Below, in pieces: positions 40,584 through 49,372 of a stretch of DNA of 64,000 nt. Position 1 is the stretch's first letter, and each line of letters opens with the position of its first letter. A program made the translations under genes and the position numbers. Under the pieces are notes generated by a model. The model made no database searches. It was not told the DNA's origin and saw nothing but the letters and a program-made list of their open reading frames with translations. The stretch is from NCBI GenBank assembly GCA_965205675.1, contig OZ242186.1, forward strand, positions 1,696,001-1,760,000, given 5' to 3'. This DNA comes from Nitrosopumilus sp. (lineage in GTDB: Archaea; Thermoproteota; Nitrososphaeria; Nitrososphaerales; Nitrosopumilaceae).

Positions 40584-41762
40584 ATGCTGTTTCTTTTTTT
40601 CCTTCCTTTGATTTTATCTCCTGTGTTTGCACAGTCTGAACCTGACTATGATAATCCATATTCTCCAATTTTTACTGATAAATCAGTTTATTCTTGGACT
40701 GATAAAATGAAAGTAACCATTATAGCTCCTAGTTGGAATACGGATAAACACTTAGTTGATTCAATTGGTGGCACTGATGAACATCCCATTAAAATCTCAA
40801 CATCTGAAAATACTCTAGAACCATACCGATTTACTGAAACTGATGTGAACTCTGGAATTTTTACAGCTGAGGTAATTTTGACTGGTTTTACACACGACGT
40901 TGACGGTGATGGGGATTTTGATACAAATCCTAGAACTTTCGGTAATGGTCCTACTAGTGGATTTTTAGAAGTAGATAGGAATTCCTCAATAACTATTTCT
41001 TTTAGATTTGCAGATGGTGTTATATTAGTTGAATCTGTTCCTATAAGTTGGAATATTGGCACCATTAATTTTGTCAGTGATATTTTCTATTTAGAAAATT
41101 CTGTAATGGTACGTGTAATTGATGCTGATATGAATTTGAATCCTGAAATACTAGATAATGTATCTATACAACTTTTTTCTGATTCTGATGTTGCAGGCAT
41201 TGATGTCAATGCTATAGAAACGTCTAAAAATTCAGGCTCTTTTGTTGCACATATTTCATTATCTCAAGATTCACCATCTAGTGGAAATAGACTTTATTCT
41301 CTTTCTGGTGATGAAATTTTTGCTAAATACGATGACTATACATTGCCAAAACCTTTTTCAAAATCAGATAATCTTACTCTTGAAACTTCAGCAGTAGTTG
41401 ATTCATCAATTCCCACAATTGAACGAATTGAAAACTATCCAATTGTTTTCTCTGATGTATCTGGAAATCCTTTACAGTATATCTCAGAAAATTTACAGAT
41501 ACAAATTGTTGGAGAGATCTCAAATAAACAAAATTTTAAACAAAATTTTGTTTATGTGTTTCAAATCAAAGATGACAAAAATATGATTGAATATCTTTCT
41601 TGGGTTCAAGGTGAAATTTCTCCAAATAGGAATTTGGATTTTTCAAAATCTTGGACTCCGAAAAAAAATGGGACTTATACAATAGAGACTTTTGTTTGGA
41701 ATTCTCTAAATGATGCAGTCATTTTGTCACCAATAATGTCTACTTTGATCAATGTTCAATGA
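40584..41762 (+). CDS. Secreted hypothetical protein
   Basis: Signal peptide; ETDVNSGIF repeats; C-terminal SWTP...GTYTIETFVW. Confidence 0.8.
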   Translation: MLFLFFLPLILSPVFAQSEPDYDNPYSPIFTDKSVYSWTDKMKVTIIAPSWNTDKHLVDSIGGTDEHPIKISTSENTLEPYRFTETDVNSGIFTAEVILTGFTHDVDGDGDFDTNPRTFGNGPTSGFLEVDRNSSITISFRFADGVILVESVPISWNIGTINFVSDIFYLENSVMVRVIDADMNLNPEILDNVSIQLFSDSDVAGIDVNAIETSKNSGSFVAHISLSQDSPSSGNRLYSLSGDEIFAKYDDYTLPKPFSKSDNLTLETSAVVDSSIPTIERIENYPIVFSDVSGNPLQYISENLQIQIVGEISNKQNFKQNFVYVFQIKDDKNMIEYLSWVQGEISPNRNLDFSKSWTPKKNGTYTIETFVWNSLNDAVILSPIMSTLINVQ

Positions 41763-42650
41763 AAAGAATAATCTCCACATGATGATTAAAGAGAAATTTA
41801 CGTTTTCATTTTTGTGTTAGGATATGTATTAAGATTTACCTTAGTGTTAGTCGTATTATCTTCTGTGACTTTCACAGATGTTTTTACCAATTCTTTTGAT
41901 GTTCATTTTGACAAGCAATTTTACGATCTAGGTAATTCGTTTACTATTTCAGGTAAAATTCTTGATGTTGTAATGCCTTTAATCGCTATGAATATGTATG
42001 ATCCAGATAGAAAAATTTTATCCGTAAACAATTTGGAAATTTCTGCCGAAAATACCTTTGATAAGATTATTTTCTTTAATTCTTCTTATCAAAAAACTGA
42101 TTAATATTCAATCAGACTAGATTATGGCTTTCTTTCTGGAACTTGTTATTTTATTATATAAGATGCATTTGAGTCTGAAATTCTAATTGATGAATATCTT
42201 TGAATCCTAAAATTATTTCATTGGGTATGGAAAAAACAACACGTTGAACAAAGATACTGTAAAAATTCTTTGCACTGTGTAATTTGTTAATTCTCTTACC
42301 GTATTTATTGAAATTTATGAATCCTTTTGGAATGCCTACGGAATTTTATTTTGGTCATGTTGATTCTAATTTAGAATTTAAAACAAAAATTGTTGTAAAA
42401 TCTGATATGAGTTTTAAAGTTGATGGGACATGTCCTATAAAAGCACATTATACTAATAGCAAAATAATCTTTTTTTGATTATTAGAAAATACCACCAATA
42501 ACAATTGAAGATTCTTCAGAAGGAAAAAATTCAAGAACCAACTAATAATGAACAAATAATCCATTTGAGGATAAAATTACTTCAAGCAATAATGATAAAG
42601 CCACGTCTGATAAACAATCTAATTTACAATCAAAATCTTCAGATGATGTA

Positions 42651-42782
42651 TGACAAGAAACATAAATTCGTGAGTTGTTTCTCAGATGTTTCAGTTTGTT
42701 TATTCGTATTTACCTATATGTAAGATCAACTGATTTCTAGTTTTTTGAAATTATTTAGTTCACGAATTTTGTCTTTTCGCCA
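42651..42782 (+). mobile_element. MITE-A copy 1 (diverged)
   Basis: 132 bp, similar to 49211-49339, flanked by TA (42649-50, 42783-84). Confidence 0.85.
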
Positions 42783-43145
42783 TACTAGCAAACACTTCAA
42801 ATGAATTACATATCAAAAAAAATAAATGATTCAAAAAATAAAGAAACAGAAATTATTCCGACATCAAATAAGATAAAAAAGAGAATAATCTTACCGTGGA
42901 TGATTTATTGAATTAAGGAGATTTATTGAACCAAATCAAATTAGAATGTGATTCTAACGTGCATGTTCATACTATTTCATGTTATGATAGAATGGACCCT
43001 ACATTGTATAGACTATAAGTTTGATAATGCATTGAAATTTTTTTAATGACTCCCTAATTCATAATCCTAATGATTTAGAAATTCTTGTAAACAAAGGTTC
43101 TGCTTTGTCAAAATTAGAATATTTTTCTGAGGCTATAGTATATTA

Positions 43146-43277
43146 TAGCAAAAAGATAAAGTTCATGAACTAAATAATTTCAAAAAACTAGAAATCAGTT
43201 GATCTTACATATAGGTAAATACGAATAAACAAATTGAAACGCCTAAAAAATAACTCACGAACTTATGCTTCTCGCTA
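43146..43277 (-). mobile_element. MITE-A copy 2
   Basis: Ends TAGCAAAAAGATAAAGTTCATGA...TCACGAACTTATGCTTCTCGCTA; TA duplication; removal gives in-frame VYYDYV. Confidence 0.9.
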
Positions 43278-43706
43278 TATGATTATGTAATTAGAATTGA
43301 TTCAAATTCTCTTTCTGTTAAAAATAATAAAGTGAATGCACTTACTAATATGACATATTTCAAAGATGTAATCTTATTATGTCATGAGACTTTAAAATAA
43401 AATCCAAACTATTAATCTACAAAACAAAATCTTGAGGTTGCATCATCTGCAAATCTTGATGTTTCTATTGATTTATCTAAAATGAATGTTAAAGATTTAC
43501 ATTTAGAAAAATCTATCATCTCTGGACAAATCGTTTCAATAAATCTCGAAAAACAAAAACCTAGTAATTTTTTTGACAAGATATGTATTGCATTTTTCAC
43601 TCTGGATTATTTACTAGGATTTCTAAACTAGTTTTATGATATCTCATGCTTAACTTTTCAATAGACCTATAAAGCCCTGTCAAGACGATCGTCATAAGGA
43701 AAACAC

Positions 43707-44030
43707 ATGAGTAAGATACTTGAAAAATCATTACGAGATGCACGAAAAGAAGATAAACTAACAATGGGTGCTAAACAAGTTTTAAACTCAATAAAAAACT
43801 CCAAGCTAATTGTATTGTCTCAATCAATTAAGAAAGAAACATTTGAGCAAATTAAATCTGATGCAAAAAAAGAAAAAATACCTTTAGTAAACTTTCAAGG
43901 AACATCAGTCGCATTAGGTAGACTATGTGGCTTACAATTTAGAATTTCAACAATTTCATTTACAACCATCGATGATGCTAACATCAAATCAATTTTGAAA
44001 GATACACAAGCTGAGGAAAAAAATGATTAG
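43707..44030 (+). CDS. rpl30e: 50S ribosomal protein L30e
   Basis: L7Ae/L30e fold (GAKQV, LGRLCG..F); position upstream of nusA. Confidence 0.88.
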   Translation: MSKILEKSLRDARKEDKLTMGAKQVLNSIKNSKLIVLSQSIKKETFEQIKSDAKKEKIPLVNFQGTSVALGRLCGLQFRISTISFTTIDDANIKSILKDTQAEEKND

Positions 44031-44094
44031 CTGTTATTCCTTTAATGAAAGTTTAAATGAGACATTTTTTGTTCGAAGATAAAAAGGAATTCTA

Positions 44095-44559
44095 ATGACA
44101 CAATCAATTAAACTTACAACTGATCAAATGAGAATGATGTCTCTTTTCCAAAATGTTACGGGTGCAACCGCACGTGATTGCGTGGAAGATGAAAAACAAG
44201 ATAGAGTTATTTTCGTAGTTAATACAGGTAAGATGGGACTTGCAATAGGTAAGGGTGGAATTCATATAAAATCTCTTCAAAATATTGTTAAGAGAAATGT
44301 CGAATTGGTAGAATTTGATGAGGATCCTGCAAAATTTTTGTCTAATCTACTTAATTCAAAATTGATTTCTGAAGTAAAAATAAATAAACGAACTGATGGG
44401 ACAAAACAGGCAATCGTAATGGTAGACCCAAGAAAGAAAGGAATTGTGGTTGGAAGAGAAGGTAGAAATGCGGAAAAGGCAAGAATGCTTGCAAAACGAT
44501 ATTTTGATATTAACAGTGTATTGATAAACAGCCCTGAACGAGCAACTTTGGAGATGTAA
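44095..44559 (+). CDS. nusA: Archaeal NusA-like KH protein
   Basis: AIGKGG and VGREGRN KH motifs. Confidence 0.95.
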   Translation: MTQSIKLTTDQMRMMSLFQNVTGATARDCVEDEKQDRVIFVVNTGKMGLAIGKGGIHIKSLQNIVKRNVELVEFDEDPAKFLSNLLNSKLISEVKINKRTDGTKQAIVMVDPRKKGIVVGREGRNAEKARMLAKRYFDINSVLINSPERATLEM

Positions 44560-44562
44560 GAT

Positions 44563-45000
44563 TTGAGAAAATCACCACTTGGACTATTTGCCGGCAGAGT
44601 ACTTACAAGTAAAAAGAAAAAACAAAGATGGGCAATTTCTACTTACAAACGAAGAGAATTAGGCATTGATAAAAAAGCAGATCCTCTTGGCGGTGCACCA
44701 CAAGCACGGGGTATTGTTTTAGAAAAAGTAGGTATTGCAGCAAAACAACCCAACTCTGCTATCCGAAAATGTGTTAGGGTTCAATTAATTAAAAATGGTA
44801 AAACTGTAACTGCATTCTTACCAAGAGATGGTGCAATGAATTTCATTGATGAACATGATGAGGTTCACATTCAAGGTATGGGTGCAACACAAGGTGGTGC
44901 AATGGGCGATATTCCTGGAGTTAGATTCAAAGTTTTCAAAGTTAACGGTACTGCATTACATGAATTAGTAATTGGTAAAAAGGAGAAACCAAGGAGATAG
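44563..45000 (+). CDS. rps12: 30S ribosomal protein S12 (uS12)
   Basis: [19 protein letters not shown]. Confidence 0.98.
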   Translation: MRKSPLGLFAGRVLTSKKKKQRWAISTYKRRELGIDKKADPLGGAPQARGIVLEKVGIAAKQPNSAIRKCVRVQLIKNGKTVTAFLPRDGAMNFIDEHDEVHIQGMGATQGGAMGDIPGVRFKVFKVNGTALHELVIGKKEKPRR

Positions 45001-45002
45001 AT

Positions 45003-45602
45003 ATGGCACAAACTAAGAATTTGTTATTATTTAGAAAATGGGATTTATCTGATATTGAAATAAAAGATCCTGGATTAAAAACTGCTATTTCACTGCGAAA
45101 ACAGATCTTACCTTATACTTATGGACGTTCTGCACTCAAGAGATTCAATAAAGCAGATGTTAACATTGTTGAAAGATTAATCAATAAAACAATGCACTTT
45201 GGAAAAAAATATGCAAAGAACACAGGCAGGATGACAGGTAAGAAAACTAAACTTCTCAATACTGTAAAGACTTCTTTTGATATAATTGCACTAAAAACTG
45301 GTCAAAATCCAGTTGAAGTTTTGATAAGGGCTGTAGAATTTTCTGCACCTAATGAAGATACAACGAGAATCGTATATGGTGGTACTGTTTACCATGTATC
45401 TGTTGATGTTGCACCAATTCGACGAGTTGATTTGGCTCTGAAATTTATTGCAGATGCAATTAAAGAAGCAACTTTTTCAAATCCAAAACCTATTGAAGAA
45501 CACATGGCTGAACAGTTAATGTTAGCAGCTTCTAATGATCCTAATGCTCCTTCTGTTAAGAAAAAGAATGAACTAGAACGTATAGCGCAAGCCTCTAGAT
45601 AG
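45003..45602 (+). CDS. rps7: 30S ribosomal protein S7 (uS7)
   Basis: IVERLIN, VDVAPIRRVD, ELERIAQASR. Confidence 0.98.
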   Translation: MAQTKNLLLFRKWDLSDIEIKDPGLKTAISLRKQILPYTYGRSALKRFNKADVNIVERLINKTMHFGKKYAKNTGRMTGKKTKLLNTVKTSFDIIALKTGQNPVEVLIRAVEFSAPNEDTTRIVYGGTVYHVSVDVAPIRRVDLALKFIADAIKEATFSNPKPIEEHMAEQLMLAASNDPNAPSVKKKNELERIAQASR

Positions 45603-45629
45603 TCTTTTATCCTTTTAGAAATTCATCAG

Positions 45630-45717
45630 TAGCCCGAGGCAGATTCGAACTGCCGTCTCCGCCTATCCACTCTTGAGATCCAGAGGGCAGAATCCTTGAC
45701 CACTAGACTATCGGGCT
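45630..45717 (-). tRNA. tRNA-Gln(CTG) with ~15-nt intron in the anticodon loop
   Basis: Reverse complement AGCCCGATAGTCTAGTGGTCAAGGATTCTGCCCTCTGG[ATCTCAAGAGTGGAT]AGGCGGAGACGGCAGTTCGAATCTGCCTCGGGCTA; 88 = 73+15 nt; no encoded CCA. Confidence 0.93.
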
Positions 45718-45762
45718 ACTTGAAGAAATTTTAATGTTTTAGAATATATTTATTTGTTGTAA

Positions 45763-46083
45763 TTATTTTAATCTGACTTCATGAATTGCAGTTGCATAAT
45801 CACATGTTGCTCTCAATCGCATATATGGAATTAATTTGTAGTGAATAGAATAGACGTTTTCTTCTTTCTTGATAATACCTTTTTGCATTAGTGAAACTAA
45901 TCCTCTTGATGGAACATTGATTGTAATATTTTTTTCTTTACATATTTGATCACGTTTGTCTTGGAACTGTTTTAATGAAAATGCAACATCATTAATTTCT
46001 AAAATTAAAGGCCAAATAATTTCTATCCAAACAAATCTCCTGTTTTCGGTTGCTGAGGCATATTTTCCTTTTTCACTCAACAT
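45763..46083 (-). CDS. Conserved hypothetical protein (wHTH-like)
   Basis: SRGLVSLMQKGII...YSIH resembles a winged helix. Confidence 0.7.
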   Translation of the reverse strand: MLSEKGKYASATENRRFVWIEIIWPLILEINDVAFSLKQFQDKRDQICKEKNITINVPSRGLVSLMQKGIIKKEENVYSIHYKLIPYMRLRATCDYATAIHEVRLK

Positions 46084-46115
46084 TAATAATATCTGTAAAA
46101 GATGTTATAACTTGA

Positions 46116-46820
46116 TTGTCTCAGAAAGAAATCCAAGAGTCTCTTGACTTGCTAGAAAAGGATTGGGATATTGATCCAATTCTTAGAAAATTTATGTTAG
46201 GTCAAATCACAAATATTTCTGATTCTCCAATAAAAGTTAAGGATGTTGTTTTTCATGTTCCATATTTGAATTCTGAAAAAAAATATATTTTGTGGAAATG
46301 TTATTGGCCTGATTGTCATAATTGCTGTGATAGACAAGGTAGACTCCCACTAACTTCTGATGATCTGATTACAATTGGTAAGGGATTGAAATACAAAAAA
46401 CCTTCAGATTTTGTAAAAAATGAAACATTAACAGCAACTTATCAAGAACCTGGCCCTTCTGGACAAATGACTACCATGACTACAATTAATCTAAAAAGAA
46501 AAACTGATGAAACAGAAGATGATGATGGCACACACATTTCTTGTAGATTTTTAGATGATAAGGGAGGTTGCAGTATGCATCCTGATAGACCTGGAGTATG
46601 TTATCTGTATCCTTTTTCAAGCTGGTTAGAAAATGAACAGGGGAAAGCTCGTGTTCATGCAACCTATCAATTTACTGGGGATTGTCCAGGGTTTTATCTT
46701 GCAGATAGTTTAGAACCAATGAAAGATGAATTCAAAGATTACTCTAAAACAATTTATGATTACAACATGGCCTCAAATAGAACAAATCGAGAAGGATTTA
46801 GTTCGGTTAGTTTTGGTTAG
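46116..46820 (+). CDS. YkgJ-family cysteine cluster protein (CxxCxxCC)
   Basis: CYWPDCHNCC, CRFL....GCSMH..RP.VCYLYPF, CPG. Confidence 0.88.
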   Translation: MSQKEIQESLDLLEKDWDIDPILRKFMLGQITNISDSPIKVKDVVFHVPYLNSEKKYILWKCYWPDCHNCCDRQGRLPLTSDDLITIGKGLKYKKPSDFVKNETLTATYQEPGPSGQMTTMTTINLKRKTDETEDDDGTHISCRFLDDKGGCSMHPDRPGVCYLYPFSSWLENEQGKARVHATYQFTGDCPGFYLADSLEPMKDEFKDYSKTIYDYNMASNRTNREGFSSVSFG

Positions 46821-47193
46821 GTTTTCTCTTTAGACTCTGTCCTACTGCCGAAATCCATTCTTTTTCTATTTTGATCAGTATATGACCATCCTCTCTTTCA
46901 AATCTTTTACAATATTTTCTAAATTCGCTATAAAATTTGTAAAGTTTATCATCTGAGATTCCTGTATCTAATTGTAATCAAGTAATTATACGATACCCTT
47001 CTTTGAATTTTTTTTATGTGCTTTGATCAATTCCTGACCACACAATTTTCTTTTTTTCCTCTATTTGCTTTCTTTTTCCCATCTTCGTATACTTTCTAGT
47101 ATGGCAAAAATTATTGTAACTACAAGTCCAATAATACCTATTGCTATACTAACTGATCAATTTCTGAAATTTCTAATGAAAAACTTGCAATCA
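46817..47193 (-). pseudogene. Possible degraded small membrane-anchored gene
   Basis: Hydrophobic stretch SIAIGIIGLVVTIIFAIL followed by frameshifted coding-like sequence. Confidence 0.35.
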
Positions 47194-47229
47194 TGACAGA
47201 TGTGAAACTAAGATAAGCATATGAATTTA

Positions 47230-48264
47230 CTATGCTCTAGCTACCTTCATCAAGTCTGCCATTTTGATATTCATGCCAAATCTGTCTTCGTGCTTTTTCA
47301 TGTAACGAAATATTGCAATAAAATCTGGTAGTGCTTTCAAGAAATTGAAATCTTTGTGAATTTTTGCTCTAACAAAATTAAATACTTTGGCATATACTTT
47401 GTAATGCTTTTCTACTGCTTTTTCATATGCTTTAAAATCATGCATATTTTCTAGGAAAATCTCTACACATTGCATTGATGGAATAATTCCTTCTCCTAGT
47501 AATGCGTAGACTGTCCCAATCGATTCGCCCACACCAACAACTTTTCCTGAATAGTATGGTTTGCATCTATCTGGGGTTGCTAATCTGATTGGACGACCTT
47601 TAGTTTTGAGAACTTTGCCACCATGTTTTTTTAGAAAATCATCAGTTACTTTGATATGTTGTTTGTTATAATCTCCTGCTCCAATATGTGCCCATTTCTC
47701 ACCTAATGGAAAATACCAAAAGTATCCTGACATCCCCGGAAATGGTTCGATGTAAAAGTCATCATATGGAACCTTGTCTTCGTATTCTACTTTATATTCA
47801 TATGTTGGCAAAAAGAAATCTTCTTTTAATTTTGGCAGAAATACTCTGTGAAATCCGGTACAGTCTACTATCATATCATATTCTTTTTCTAATTCTTCTA
47901 ATGATGGTGGAGCACCGTAAATAATTTTAGAATCTTTAATGAAATCTTTGATTAGTGCTAGTTTGTCATATGTGCATAATCCTTTCAATCCGATATCAAA
48001 TTTTATATCGTTGTTCATTTTGACATGCATATTTTTACCATCATGAATCAAAAAATCATCAAAATTCCTACCTGTTTTTTTACAAAAATCTGTTAGAGCC
48101 GATTTGATAGTTCCCCATGCACAAATAGAGTCATGTCTTTCTTCTACCATTCTCTCATATCCGACAACTTGATGTTCTGAACCCTTTAATCTAGCCATAA
48201 GATATGACCCTGCTACACCCATACCCATTACTGCTATCTTCAAGACACTCTCCGAATCATTCAT
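47230..48264 (-). CDS. FAD-dependent oxidoreductase (geranylgeranyl reductase-like)
   Basis: GMGVAG, CAWG, GYFWYFP, VGES...GEGI. Confidence 0.85.
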   Translation of the reverse strand: MNDSESVLKIAVMGMGVAGSYLMARLKGSEHQVVGYERMVEERHDSICAWGTIKSALTDFCKKTGRNFDDFLIHDGKNMHVKMNNDIKFDIGLKGLCTYDKLALIKDFIKDSKIIYGAPPSLEELEKEYDMIVDCTGFHRVFLPKLKEDFFLPTYEYKVEYEDKVPYDDFYIEPFPGMSGYFWYFPLGEKWAHIGAGDYNKQHIKVTDDFLKKHGGKVLKTKGRPIRLATPDRCKPYYSGKVVGVGESIGTVYALLGEGIIPSMQCVEIFLENMHDFKAYEKAVEKHYKVYAKVFNFVRAKIHKDFNFLKALPDFIAIFRYMKKHEDRFGMNIKMADLMKVARA

Positions 48265-48545
48265 GCCTAATAAATACACTATCTGAAAAATAATTCGTAT
48301 CCTTTCATGATTTATTTTCAATAGTATGAAATAGTACAAATTAAACATCAAAACTGAATAGTCTGTTTGAAAAGATAGACTGTAGTTTGATTGTAAAAAA
48401 TTTCAAACCTTAAGACATCACTGTCATCAGATAATTTTGAATTACTCATCTTAAGCAATTAGCTGTTATCTACTGTTTTGGAGTTGAACTTAGGCTCATG
48501 TGCCTTTTCTTATTACATTAAATTTGGTCATATTTTACTATAATC

Positions 48546-49148
48546 ATGGATACATTTGATGCAATAAAAACAAGACGTGCAATTAAAAAATTTGATAGTA
48601 CATACAAGATGACTACAGAACAAGTTAAATCATTAATGGGACTTGCAATTCTTTCTCCAACTAGCTATAATCAACAGAATTGGAGATTTATCACAGTTAC
48701 AGATCAAACCATCAAAGAACAAATTTCAAAAGCTGCTCGAGATCAAGCTCAACCAAAAGATGGTTCGTTGGTGATTGTTTTGTGTGGAAACATGAATGCT
48801 TGGAAAGAAAATCCTCTGAGATATTGGAAAGATCATCCAATAGAAAAACAAGAATTAATCAAAAATTCATTATCAAAAAAATATGCAGACAGCCCTCAAA
48901 ATAGACGAGATGAGGCAATTCGCTCTTGTGGATTTGCAGGACAAACAATTATGCTAGCTGCAAAACAGATGGGTCTTGATTCTTGTCCGATGGTTGGATT
49001 TGAATATGATGAATTGGCAAAAATTATCAAACTTCCTGAGGATCATCTGATTGTTTTGATGATTGTTATTGGAAAAGCAACAGAACCTGCAAATCCTCGT
49101 GGCGGACAGCTTCCTGTATCTGAAGTTGTCTTTGAGAATAATTTCTAA
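48546..49148 (+). CDS. Nitroreductase family protein
   Basis: TRRAIKKF, SPTSYNQQNWRF, GLDSCPMVGF. Confidence 0.93.
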   Translation: MDTFDAIKTRRAIKKFDSTYKMTTEQVKSLMGLAILSPTSYNQQNWRFITVTDQTIKEQISKAARDQAQPKDGSLVIVLCGNMNAWKENPLRYWKDHPIEKQELIKNSLSKKYADSPQNRRDEAIRSCGFAGQTIMLAAKQMGLDSCPMVGFEYDELAKIIKLPEDHLIVLMIVIGKATEPANPRGGQLPVSEVVFENNF

Positions 49149-49187
49149 TTGTGTAATATTTCAAAAAGAATAGGGAAATCAGGTATC

Positions 49188-49362
49188 TGAGATTTAGGCA
49201 TAATGATTTATAGCGAGAAGCATAAGTTCGTGAGTTATTTTTTAGGTGTTTCAATTTGTTTATTCGTATTTACCTATAGGTAAGATCAACTGATTTCTAG
49301 TTTTTTGAAATTTGGTTCACGAACTTTATCTTTTCGCTATAAATCATTATGCCTAAATCTCA
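49188..49362. repeat. 21-bp perfect inverted flanks (49188-49208 / 49342-49362) around MITE-A copy 3
   Basis: TGAGATTTAGGCATAATGATT ... AATCATTATGCCTAAATCTCA. Confidence 0.92.
49211..49339 (+). mobile_element. MITE-A copy 3
   Basis: TIRs TAGCGAGAAGCATAAGTTCGTGA / TCACGAACTTTATCTTTTCGCTA; TA duplication. Confidence 0.9.
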
Positions 49363-49372
49363 CCTAATCACC

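Larger units (their letters stand above)
41780..43610 (+). pseudogene. Degraded secreted TPR-containing gene interrupted by two MITEs
   Basis: Short same-strand fragments with many stops; TPR-like NPNDLEILVNKGSALSKLEYFSEAIVYYD; removing each MITE restores the local frame. Confidence 0.7.

Noticed and set aside
45630-45717. tRNA intron as unusual
   Set aside because: A short intron at the canonical anticodon-loop position is common in this lineage.
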